This document shows positions 1 to 8,219 of a DNA stretch of 64,000 nucleotides, piece after piece. The number at the start of each line of letters is the position of its first letter. The first letter of the stretch is position 1. Both the position numbers and the translations under genes were made by a program. The notes under the pieces were generated by a model. The model searched no databases. It was given only the letters and a program-made list of their open reading frames with translations, and was not told the origin of the DNA. Source of the stretch: Candidatus Campbellbacteria bacterium (GTDB taxonomy: Bacteria; Patescibacteriota; Minisyncoccia; Phycocordibacterales; EsbW-18); contig JANLIT010000003.1 in assembly GCA_024653945.1 (NCBI GenBank), positions 30,097-94,096 on the forward strand, read 5' to 3'.

Positions 1-45
1 GGCGTCTAAAGTATCATTGCAAGATAAAATCCAAGTAAACACACT

Positions 46-267
46 AGCCACGTTTTAAGTCGCGTTTTAATTGACAGTACGCGACATGATTCTGCAGAAT
101 CAACTACGTGGCACGATTTCGCGGTTGTCGCGCCTTAGTCGACAGTTGCGCGACATGATTTTGAAAAACCACGTGCTATACTTAGTCACATAGAGTTCAT
201 TACCGGCTAATTTTAGAATTTCGCCACGTAACAATCGACGGTACGTGGCACGATTTCGCTAAATCGC
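46..267 (+). repeat. Start-codon-abutting repeat element, copy A (long, composite form with internal partial duplication); ends exactly at ATG of 268..804
   Basis: Shares cacgttttaa..gtacgcgacatgattctgcagaatcaac..agttgcgcgacatgattttg with copies at 823-940, 31332-31432 (inverted) and 39400-39495 (inverted). Proximal end cgatttcgctaaatcgcATG keeps the CGATTT/AAATCG hairpin seen before the ATG of 5 other genes. Confidence 0.7.
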
Positions 268-804
268 ATGACACCACTACATAAATCTATTCTTATCATT
301 GTACTTCTTGCCGTAGCAGGAATTGGTCTTGCTGCCTACACGAAGATACAACCACCAATAGACGATGGAGGTATTGCGTGTACTGCAGATGCAAAAATTT
401 GTCCTGATGGTTCAGGTGTTGGTCGCGTAGGCCCTAATTGTGAATTTGCTCCGTGTCCAGAACCTACTCCAAGTCCTGTGCCAATAAGTCAAGGGAGTGG
501 AGTACGAGGTATTGTGTTATCTGGTCCACAGTGTCCCGTCATGCAGGTGGGTGTTCCGTGTCCTGATAAGCCACTTCAGACATCACTTACTATTGATATG
601 CCAAACAGTGAGCGTCTTAGTCCTCTACGAAATTTTAGTTCAGACAAAGAAGGGAAGTTCAGCATTGCTATCTCACCAGGTACGTACACCATTAGTACTG
701 GAGCAGATTCTGGTTTGATGTTTCCATGCCACACAGAACCTTTTGTTGTATCAGCAAACGCCTACACAAACGTGACCGTATCCTGTGACACTGGTATCCG
801 ATAG
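268..804 (+). CDS. Hypothetical secreted/membrane-anchored protein with N-terminal TM helix and Cys-Pro motifs (CPxxxxC)
   Basis: 178-aa ORF with hydrophobic N-terminus SILIIVLLAVAGIGLAAY. Cys-rich motifs ICPDG, CPVMQVGVPCPD. Possible paralog of 62153..62629, which has the same upstream repeat. Confidence 0.5.
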   Translation: MTPLHKSILIIVLLAVAGIGLAAYTKIQPPIDDGGIACTADAKICPDGSGVGRVGPNCEFAPCPEPTPSPVPISQGSGVRGIVLSGPQCPVMQVGVPCPDKPLQTSLTIDMPNSERLSPLRNFSSDKEGKFSIAISPGTYTISTGADSGLMFPCHTEPFVVSANAYTNVTVSCDTGIR

Positions 805-822
805 ACCTTCTTTATGTAAAAT

Positions 823-940
823 TTTGTCGCGCTCTAGGTCACGTAACAAGTCACGTTTTAAGTCGCGTTTTAATTGACGGTACGCGACATGATTCCGCAG
901 AATCACGTACGTGACATGATTCCGCAGAATCACTTGCGTT
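823..940 (+). repeat. Repeat element copy G (5' part only, with internal 27-bp tandem duplication gtacg[c/t]gacatgattccgcagaatcac x2); not followed by a gene
   Basis: Sequence tcacgttttaagtcgcgttttaattgacggtacgcgacatgattccgcagaatcac almost identical to 46-104. Lacks the ..cgattttgtgaaatcgtATG end. Confidence 0.65.
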
Positions 941-1356
941 ATTTTTATTTTCATGTATAGTAGTAGCTGAAGGTCGCGGAGTGTCCTGCGCATGCATGGG
1001 CGTGCTGGTGGAACACAGAGTACGTGTGGAAGAACTCTTGGGGACCCTCCCAGTTGACGAGGAACTTGGACAATCCCTCTCAACTACCCTAGGTTCATCC
1101 TGCCCGAACCTGCTAGGACAGCAGACGGGTGCAATGGCAGGCACTTCGCGATCTTCGACCTTTGTCCCGCTCTTTTCGTTTTCTTTTCGCTCCTCTTCCA
1201 GGAGCACCTTCGGGTCCGTGCGAAATGTACGGGCCTTTTCTTATGGCGAGTTTTTTATTTGATGTGCTATTATTTTTGTACACAACTAAGGTGATGGATC
1301 CCGATAGTGATCAGGTGGCGATATAAAAAATATTTAAACTGCTTTAGACACACAGT

Positions 1357-2679
1357 ATGTCCAATAAAAAAAACAACGTGGTAGATGAAGCCACTATCGG
1401 GATGGAAAAAATTGTATCACTCTGTAAACGACGTGGTTTTATATTTCAGGGTTCTGAAATCTACGGCGGTCTCGCGGGGACATTTGACTACGGACCGTTG
1501 GGTGTGGAACTCAAAAACAACATCAAAGCACTCTGGTGGAAACGATTTATTCACGACCGAAACGATATGTACGGTGTAGATGCTGCTATTTTGATGAATC
1601 CGAAAGTGTGGGTGGCCTCAGGTCACGTGTCTGGATTCTCTGACCCACTTATTGAATGCACAAAGTGTAAACGACGTTTTCGCGCAGACCAGCTTAAAGA
1701 CCCAAAGAAATGCCCTGACTGTGGTGGAACACTTGGTGAAGAAAAACAATTCAATATGATGTTCACAACGCATGCGGGAACACAAGAAGATGAAAACTCA
1801 CTGACGTACTTACGTCCCGAAACTGCAGGAGGAATTTTTGTGAACTTCAAGAATGTGCTGGACTCACTCCATCCGAAGTTGCCGTTTGGTATCGGACAAA
1901 TTGGAAAAGCATTTAGAAACGAGATTGCTCCGCGTGATTTTCTTTTTCGTTCGCGAGAATTTGAACAAATGGAAGTTGAATATTTTGTTGCGCCTGAAAA
2001 CTGGGAAGGTGCGTTTGAGGAATGGAGAAAACAAATGCTCATGTGGACTGCAGAAATTGGTTTGAAAAATGAACATGTGCATGAACATGAGATTGCAAAA
2101 GAAGACCTAGCATTTTATTCAAAGCGAACAATTGATTTTGAATTTGATTATCCGTTTGGTCAGAAGGAACTCTATGGACTTGCATACCGCACCGACTATG
2201 ACCTCGGAGCTCACGCCGAGCACTCAAGCGTTGACCTCACCTATTTTGATGAAGACCTTAAAAAGCGCTTTATTCCACACGTTATTGAGCCGTCTCTTGG
2301 GGTGGATAGGACCGTCCTAGCCGTCTTATGCGACGCCTACAGAGAGGAAACCGTGGAAGGTGAGGTTCGGGTCGTTTTGGGCCTTTCGGCCTCAATTGCG
2401 CCCTACCACATGGCCGTACTACCCCTCATGAAGAAAGATGGTCTCTCTGAGAAAGCGCAAGAAGTATACAAAGAACTCTCTAAAAACCACCGAGTGCTCT
2501 ATGACGAATCTGGTTCAATAGGGAAGCGCTACCGACGACAAGATGAAATCGGAACACTGCTCTGTATTACTATTGACCACCAGACGCTTGAAGACGGCAC
2601 TATGACCGTTCGCGACCGCGACACCATGAAGCAGGAGCGCGTCACACTTGAAACTATTATTGCAATGCGCAGAACATAA
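1357..2679 (+). CDS. glyQS: Glycyl-tRNA synthetase (dimeric glyQS-type class II)
   Basis: 440 aa. N-terminal MEKIVSLCKRRGFIFQGSEIYGGLAGTFDYGPLGVELKNNIKALWW is typical of GlyRS2. Confidence 0.9.
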   Translation: MSNKKNNVVDEATIGMEKIVSLCKRRGFIFQGSEIYGGLAGTFDYGPLGVELKNNIKALWWKRFIHDRNDMYGVDAAILMNPKVWVASGHVSGFSDPLIECTKCKRRFRADQLKDPKKCPDCGGTLGEEKQFNMMFTTHAGTQEDENSLTYLRPETAGGIFVNFKNVLDSLHPKLPFGIGQIGKAFRNEIAPRDFLFRSREFEQMEVEYFVAPENWEGAFEEWRKQMLMWTAEIGLKNEHVHEHEIAKEDLAFYSKRTIDFEFDYPFGQKELYGLAYRTDYDLGAHAEHSSVDLTYFDEDLKKRFIPHVIEPSLGVDRTVLAVLCDAYREETVEGEVRVVLGLSASIAPYHMAVLPLMKKDGLSEKAQEVYKELSKNHRVLYDESGSIGKRYRRQDEIGTLLCITIDHQTLEDGTMTVRDRDTMKQERVTLETIIAMRRT

Positions 2680-2761
2680 GGATGTTTGGTTTTTTGTTGT
2701 AAAATCAAAACATCTGGAGCACAATAGCCCCAGACGAACCCTACATGAGAAGGGAGGGTAT

Positions 2762-3448
2762 ATGGACTCAAGCGCTGCGCGCGCCCAGTGGCAAGCGACG
2801 CGGGAGTCCAATACTCCCCACGTCGTCAGTCTGTTCTACGAACAGCTCACACAGAAGTTGACGGGTGCAGAACATGCACCGAGCTACGATGAAGGTGACC
2901 TCATCCTCTGGCTTCCCAAGGGGGCAACGTTTGGCCTTGAGGTCAAAGGCGGTAGTTCCAACCACGCCTTCCGCATCGAGGACGAACAACTCGCCCGTCA
3001 TCACGTTCTCGCCGATCGGTATCCGTACGATGGTTTCCTGTACTTTCTGTTCGGCTACACATCGTACGAACCACGCAAGGTGGAGAACGGCGACCGACGT
3101 CGGTGCATGGTACGCAACGCAATCCTCAGAGGCTTTGGACGGAGGTTTCTTATCGAGAGAACTCGTCATCTCTGGATTGTGCCCGTGCAACTCATTGAGA
3201 CGCTACACCAGATGGTGGGAATCGGGGCGTCCGCGTTCCCGACTGGGTCCGGCGTACGCATCCAACGACGCATGCTCCAGACCTTTGCGCATGAGACGCA
3301 GGAGGCGCAGAACAGCTGGAGCGTCCGCAACGGCACGGTAGACATCCTACCACCACGCGGACGGACAAGGCGCATCTCCTTTGGGGTTACTATGTTCTGC
3401 TATAACGGCATGCCTGACATTCCCGTCAGGGGTGCTGTATGGAAGTGA
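2762..3448 (+). CDS. PD-(D/E)xK nuclease-like protein (VRR-NUC-like)
   Basis: Motif GDLILWLPKGATFGLEVKGG (D..E-V-K) fits the PD-ExK/VRR-NUC core. SD aagggagggtatATG. The listed 2648 start overlaps glyQS, so the internal ATG at 2762 with SD is preferred. Confidence 0.5.
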   Translation: MDSSAARAQWQATRESNTPHVVSLFYEQLTQKLTGAEHAPSYDEGDLILWLPKGATFGLEVKGGSSNHAFRIEDEQLARHHVLADRYPYDGFLYFLFGYTSYEPRKVENGDRRRCMVRNAILRGFGRRFLIERTRHLWIVPVQLIETLHQMVGIGASAFPTGSGVRIQRRMLQTFAHETQEAQNSWSVRNGTVDILPPRGRTRRISFGVTMFCYNGMPDIPVRGAVWK

Positions 3449-3450
3449 CC

Positions 3451-3480
3451 GCACCCGCTTGTAAGGGGGTGCGTTTTTGT
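3451..3480 (+). terminator. Rho-independent terminator after nuclease gene
   Basis: gcacccgcttgtaagggggtgc followed by gttttt. Confidence 0.6.
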
Positions 3481-3618
3481 ATTTCGGAAATAATTATTTC
3501 ACAATCTGGTTACAATCTAGTCAATAATTCCTTATGCATAAAGGGCGTATACTCTGAAACAGATGCACCTCACAACACGAATACAACCCGTATCGCACCA
3601 CAACCAAGGAGATGGGAG

Positions 3619-6318
3619 ATGCTCAATAACGCTGATGCACTCACTGTACACAGTGAGGACATCCGCGCCCTTCAGAGCTCCTCACCATCATTCTGGGTGT
3701 GGGCACGAGAGGCGTGGATCAAAGGATACCTTGACATCGTCGTCGAGGCCGTTATCACGACTGGCGTAGCCAATGATGTACCGGGGACGCTCGCATATCT
3801 TCAGGCGATTTACCTAGACCAAGTCGGTGGTTCAAAAAAAGTAGCACTCACCGATTTTGCAGGGAAAAATCCCTGGAACAAGCTCCACGCACGTCTGAGT
3901 ATCGCACTGGGCAAGACAAAACCCGCCACTGAACAAGATCTCACGCTTATGCACGGGATTATTGGTCACGCTGCGCTTCCACGACTATTTTCGAGCCGCT
4001 TATTCAGGGAACGAAATCATCGTGTCCTGCGCGAGGAAATGCGCCAAAGCTTGTTGTCGTTCTCTCCGAAGGAAACCGAGATTGGACAAATGACGTTCGG
4101 TTTCGGCGCTGATGTTCCTGCTACCTACGACGCTGTCGGACGCTTGGAAAGCGGTAAATCCGTTCTTGCACGAACAGCTCTGAAAAGAGCGATGACGTTC
4201 TGGAAGGAACACCGCTTGGCAGTCAATGAAGATAACCGCGCACAGTGGCGCGTGCTCGTTCCAAGACTTCGCGTAATCATGGAACCGATTTTCGGTCACT
4301 ATGTCTCGCGACTCGATCTGCATCCAGCCGCTAATCCCGAGATGACGTTCCTGACGCTCATGAGTTGGGCGAGTACGCTGTACTACTGGAAAGAGAATTA
4401 TCGTCGGGTTCTCTTCTCCGAGATAAATACCGTGCTCTCTACGCACGGTTTTCCCGGAGGAAGAGTTGACGCGGTTGAACTCCGCAGAATTGAAGGGGAA
4501 CGACTGACAAGAAAACAGGGTCTCATTCTCGAGTCCCTCAAGGTTCTCCGAAATCGTTCTGCGGGTGAACTCGTTGGTAGGTTCCAACGACAATTTCCCG
4601 GCGTTCTTGAAATTGCAATTCTCGACTGGAAGTTTGCTGTCGGAGACGCACTGGTTCGAGGAGAAATCATCAAACCAAGTGATATCGCGCGCGAACCGTT
4701 TCCAAAGCATCGCTTTCAAGTTGAGCGGTATCTCGCGCTGGCAATTCTTGACCACAGTCTGCAACATGGCATTCGGTATGACGACGAGGTATGGGCCCAG
4801 TACGGACATCGGCTTACCGCCGATGTTGTGTACTTTCTGCCGGGCACACTGCCAATCGTGCATACCGTTGCTCCGGATACTGCACTGCTCAAAGAAGTCT
4901 TCACGACCAGCACTGCCCAGCCTTGGGATAACGCGCGTGACCGCTCGACAATACGTCTGGCCAATAACGCAATCCTAGGACACCTTCTGGGTCTCATTGA
5001 GGGCGGACACAAAGGTAAACAGAACAAGAATGGCACGTCCGCAACTCTACAGGCAGAACTCTTCGACGGACGCACTGGATACGCATCCGTGACGGACATC
5101 ATTGAGAAGCACAAAAACGGGAAGACGGCCGTCGACGTTCACGGCATCATCTTCAAGACGGCGAACGGCAGTTACGAGATGCACTTTGATCGGTTGGTTG
5201 CTGCGGTCGAGCGAGATGATATCGGAACTCGGAATTTCTCCGCCGAATACGGAGGCAAGGTTTCGTGCATGATGCCAGGTCATGATGATTCTGGTCCATC
5301 CATGCACATCTACCTTGACGGAACCCCGCGATTCTTTTGCTTCGGCTGCGAAGCGCGCGGTATCATCGCTGTCAGCTCACTACCCGATCACTTCGAGATA
5401 TCACCCAGCACATTCCGTCGGCACCATATGCCGATGCAGACGGGGGAAAAGGAGACCAGTCTCGATATCTTGATTCCCGAGCGTTACCATCACCTGTTCA
5501 CCACTCTGCAAGAAAGTCTTGCGAGCGCTTTTCACGGAAGCTCTGCGGAACGGTACGTCGCATACAAGCGCAGAATCGACCCTGATCTTGCGTTCACCTA
5601 TGGCGCCGGTTTCGGTACATCGGCGTTACTCAACGACTTACTCGATGCGAAATGCTCGCTTGAGGAGCTTGCGACAAGTGGTATCATCCGCTTCTCTTCA
5701 GAGGTCAAGCCTGACAGCGTCGTCCCACGGCTCTTGAAACGGCACGGCATGCACATTGAGGAACTGACGCGGACCGTGAAGAAAAAGCCCGCATTGCCGT
5801 ACTGTCTTCTCTTTGACCGTGTTACGTTTCCTCTGACGTTTGAAGGTCGTCTCTCGAACTTCTACGCACGTAGCATATCGCCGAGAGGTCTTCCTCATGT
5901 GAAGCTTTCCACGCACCTCACGCAGGGTGGCTTCAACATGGTTGCTCTTGCTGACCCGAACTCCTCTGAAGTAATTATGACCGAAGGAGCCTTTGACGCG
6001 CTCACCCTCATTTCGATGGGGTTTACGAATGTCTTCTCGCTCATCGGCGTATTCAATGTCCCGTTGTTCGGGAGCATCATGCGTTCCGGCAAAGATCTGG
6101 CAACTGCCTTCGACCGCGATTCAAACGTCTACAAAACAGGGCAGACGAAAACCTTGAAGATTGAGAAAAAACTGCGGGAGTGGGGATTTCCGGGACGTGT
6201 TTGTGACTATACCGAAGCCTTCATTCAGAAGCTTCCTCCTGAGGAACGTCCGTCTGAAGGAGATGGTACAAAGTGGGATTTCAACGGATGGTGGTGCGAC
6301 CCTGCCCGCCGCCGTTAA
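3619..6318 (+). CDS. Large (~900 aa) fusion protein: N-terminal ~550-aa domain of unknown function + C-terminal DnaG-type primase core (CHC2 zinc finger + TOPRIM)
   Basis: CMMPGHDDSGPSMHIYLDGTPRFFCFGCEARG matches the DnaG CHC2 zinc-binding motif. VIMTEGAFDALTL (TOPRIM E) and AFDRDSNV (DxD) lie downstream at primase-like spacing. SD aaggagatgggagATG at 3619. The upstream 60 codons of the track ORF span the terminator. Confidence 0.6.
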   Translation: MLNNADALTVHSEDIRALQSSSPSFWVWAREAWIKGYLDIVVEAVITTGVANDVPGTLAYLQAIYLDQVGGSKKVALTDFAGKNPWNKLHARLSIALGKTKPATEQDLTLMHGIIGHAALPRLFSSRLFRERNHRVLREEMRQSLLSFSPKETEIGQMTFGFGADVPATYDAVGRLESGKSVLARTALKRAMTFWKEHRLAVNEDNRAQWRVLVPRLRVIMEPIFGHYVSRLDLHPAANPEMTFLTLMSWASTLYYWKENYRRVLFSEINTVLSTHGFPGGRVDAVELRRIEGERLTRKQGLILESLKVLRNRSAGELVGRFQRQFPGVLEIAILDWKFAVGDALVRGEIIKPSDIAREPFPKHRFQVERYLALAILDHSLQHGIRYDDEVWAQYGHRLTADVVYFLPGTLPIVHTVAPDTALLKEVFTTSTAQPWDNARDRSTIRLANNAILGHLLGLIEGGHKGKQNKNGTSATLQAELFDGRTGYASVTDIIEKHKNGKTAVDVHGIIFKTANGSYEMHFDRLVAAVERDDIGTRNFSAEYGGKVSCMMPGHDDSGPSMHIYLDGTPRFFCFGCEARGIIAVSSLPDHFEISPSTFRRHHMPMQTGEKETSLDILIPERYHHLFTTLQESLASAFHGSSAERYVAYKRRIDPDLAFTYGAGFGTSALLNDLLDAKCSLEELATSGIIRFSSEVKPDSVVPRLLKRHGMHIEELTRTVKKKPALPYCLLFDRVTFPLTFEGRLSNFYARSISPRGLPHVKLSTHLTQGGFNMVALADPNSSEVIMTEGAFDALTLISMGFTNVFSLIGVFNVPLFGSIMRSGKDLATAFDRDSNVYKTGQTKTLKIEKKLREWGFPGRVCDYTEAFIQKLPPEERPSEGDGTKWDFNGWWCDPARRR

Positions 6319-6371
6319 TGCGCACCGCTCAAACGGTCGTAAGAAGAACTGTTCCTTTGAAATTTGTGAAT

Positions 6372-6399
6372 TGCCCGGCATGCGCTGGGCAGTTTTTTT
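6372..6399 (+). terminator. Rho-independent terminator after primase-fusion gene
   Basis: ttgcccggcatgcgctgggcag followed by ttttttt. Confidence 0.55.
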
Positions 6400-6430
6400 A
6401 ACCTGCGTTTTCTGTTAAAGTATAGGGGTA

Positions 6431-7408
6431 ATGAAAAGCACCGGTAAAAAAATCGCACTTTCAGGCGTGAAGCCAACAGGCCGACCACACATCGGAAATT
6501 ATTTTGGTGCAATGAAGCAGTTTGTTGAACTGCAGGAAACACACGAGAATTATATTTTTGTTGCCAACTACCACGCGCTCATTGGTGTACAAAACGCGAA
6601 GACGCTTGCACAAGACACACGCGACGTGATTATTGATTATTTGGCAATCGGCATTGACCCAGATACAACAACACTCTTTTTGCAGTCAGATATTCCAGAA
6701 GTGACAGAACTTGCATGGATTTTTAACACACTCGTCACCGTTCCATACTTGCAACGAGCTCACGCATATAAAGATGCCATTGCAAAAGGAAAGGAGGCAA
6801 CCGTGGGACTTTTTGATTATCCCGTGTTGATGGCGGCGGATATTTTGCTTCCGAATGCGGATGTGGTGCCCGTTGGTGCAGACCAGAAACAGCATGTGGA
6901 GTATGCTCGAGACATTGCACAAAAATTTAATCTTGCGTTTGGCGATACCTTCACGGTTCCTGAACCTCTCATTTTGAAAGATGTTGCGATTATTCTCGGC
7001 ACCGACGGACAAAAAATGAGCAAGAGTTACAACAATACCATTCCATTGTTTGCGACACGTGATGAAATTACGAAGGCGGTGATGAGTATTCCAACCGATT
7101 CTGCTGGAGTTGCTGACCCCAAAGATCCTGAAAAAGATTTTGTATTCCAATTCCACAAACTATTCGCAGGAGATAAACTCGCAGAGATTCGCGCTGGCTA
7201 CGAAAAAGGTGGGCTCGCGTATTCAGAATCAAAGAAAATGCTCATTGAAGAAATAGATGCGTTTTGTGCGCCTCTCCGAGAAAAACGCGCGAAGATTGCC
7301 GGCGATACAAAAATGGTTGACCGTGTCATTGCCGAGGGTAGAGACAAAATCCGTCCACACGCACAGGAATTGATGAAAAAAGTTCGCGAGAAAGTGGGGA
7401 TTGTATGA
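6431..7408 (+). CDS. trpS: Tryptophanyl-tRNA synthetase
   Basis: 325 aa. N-terminal GVKPTGRPHIGNYFG (HIGH-type), KMSKS present, and size typical of TrpRS. Confidence 0.9.
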   Translation: MKSTGKKIALSGVKPTGRPHIGNYFGAMKQFVELQETHENYIFVANYHALIGVQNAKTLAQDTRDVIIDYLAIGIDPDTTTLFLQSDIPEVTELAWIFNTLVTVPYLQRAHAYKDAIAKGKEATVGLFDYPVLMAADILLPNADVVPVGADQKQHVEYARDIAQKFNLAFGDTFTVPEPLILKDVAIILGTDGQKMSKSYNNTIPLFATRDEITKAVMSIPTDSAGVADPKDPEKDFVFQFHKLFAGDKLAEIRAGYEKGGLAYSESKKMLIEEIDAFCAPLREKRAKIAGDTKMVDRVIAEGRDKIRPHAQELMKKVREKVGIV

Positions 7409-7503
7409 AGTGTGCAAAAAAAAGATATTGACATACCGTATTCTTCATTTATAATACAGATAGAAAGGTTCAACCGACACACAATCAATTGAGGAGACTG
7501 GCG

Positions 7504-7728
7504 ATGAACAGCATTCCGAAGGACAAGAGTTACCCAAGTGATTCCGTGCAGTGCGGTGGTTGTCGTGGACGTGGGTGCAAGGAGTGCGAACAGCGGGGAT
7601 GGTTCACGCCAGCATCTCATCCAAGGGGGCAACGTTGTTGGCTGGGAACGTGCGAGAAGCCCCTCCCCCCAAACCACATTGCAGTCTACTGTTCCAACCA
7701 GTGCGCCCAAGACGACGCCACGGACTGA
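7504..7728 (+). CDS. Small Cys-rich (zinc-ribbon-like) protein, GC-rich cassette
   Basis: 74 aa. CGGCRGRGCKECEQRG ... CWLGTC ... CSNQC. SD gaggag 7 nt upstream. Terminator follows. Confidence 0.35.
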   Translation: MNSIPKDKSYPSDSVQCGGCRGRGCKECEQRGWFTPASHPRGQRCWLGTCEKPLPPNHIAVYCSNQCAQDDATD

Positions 7729-7756
7729 TGTTCTCGTCGCTCGCTTTCCGCCCTAG

Positions 7757-7790
7757 GAGCCGCTGCTCTTCGGGCGGCTCTTTTGTTTTT
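7757..7790 (+). terminator. Rho-independent terminator
   Basis: gagccgctgctcttcgggcggctc followed by ttttgttttt. Confidence 0.7.
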
Positions 7791-7865
7791 GGAGTTGCAT
7801 TTTTGGTTACCATTTCGTACACTCATATGTGGACGCGCAATCCAGCGCGACGAAAGGAGCACGGT

Positions 7866-7982
7866 ATGAGTAAGCCCCGGCAGGGTCGCAACCGTCACTG
7901 CAAGCGCTTGAGCCGCATGTTCAACCTCAAGAACGGCTGGCCCATGCATCGGCGGGTGATCCTCCGGCTTCGGGCCGCGTAG
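7866..7982 (+). CDS. Very small basic Arg-rich peptide (38 aa), GC-rich cassette
   Basis: SD aaaggagcacggtATG. MSKPRQGRNRHCKRLSRMFNLKNGWPMHRRVILRLRAA. Own terminator downstream. Confidence 0.3.
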   Translation: MSKPRQGRNRHCKRLSRMFNLKNGWPMHRRVILRLRAA

Positions 7983-8011
7983 ACCCGAGCATCCTTCTCT
8001 CAACCACCACC

Positions 8012-8041
8012 GGGCGCCCCACAAGGGCGCCCTTTATCTTT
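8012..8041 (+). terminator. Rho-independent terminator
   Basis: gggcgccccacaagggcgccc followed by tttatcttt. Confidence 0.6.
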
Positions 8042-8103
8042 AACATACGGCTTGTGCACATTTGGGAAGAGGGGAAAAAACCTATATACTATGTATATGA
8101 ATC

Positions 8104-8219
8104 ACGTTAGAAATAACACAGTAGGCGTGACGCATTATCAGACCGCGGGAGCAAACATTGGTAATGGGGTGTGTTTTATTAAATAGCATTGGAAACGAAC
8201 GTTTCTGATTTCTAACGTG
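8104..8219 (+). promoter_or_regulatory. aspS leader with long-range 12-bp perfect inverted repeat (CACGTTAGAAAT ... ATTTCTAACGTG) whose 3' arm abuts the start codon, plus internal palindrome GAAACGaaCGTTTC
   Basis: Direct reading: 8104-8115 is the reverse complement of 8208-8219, and the ATG is at 8220. Confidence 0.4.

Larger units (their letters stand above)
2700..6400 (+). mobile_element. GC-rich horizontally acquired island (nuclease + primase-fusion gene pair, own SDs and terminators). Possible phage/plasmid-derived replication or defence module; no integrase seen.
   Basis: Abrupt rise in GC relative to flanking glyQS/trpS (by eye). Both genes have AGGAGG-like SDs that native genes lack. 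Intrinsic terminators follow each gene. Confidence 0.45.

Noticed and set aside
851-1262. ORFs 851..1207(-) and 981..1262(+) in the GC-rich segment
   Set aside because: They are low-complexity (S/T/R-rich), mutually antisense, and have no SD or terminator. Not called as genes.
960-1356. Glycine T-box riboswitch upstream of glyQS
   Set aside because: The T-box conserved sequence (AGGGTGGNACCGCG) and the terminator/antiterminator pair next to the start codon were not found. Only a weak GGTGGAACACAG resemblance was seen.
2648-2761. Upstream start of the nuclease ORF overlapping glyQS
   Set aside because: It overlaps the glyQS C-terminus in another frame. The internal ATG at 2762 has a perfect SD.
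3439-3618. N-terminal 60 codons of the 959-aa track ORF
   Set aside because: This stretch spans the nuclease gene's terminator hairpin and a promoter-like AT-rich region. A strong SD precedes the ATG at 3619, so the shorter start was preferred.
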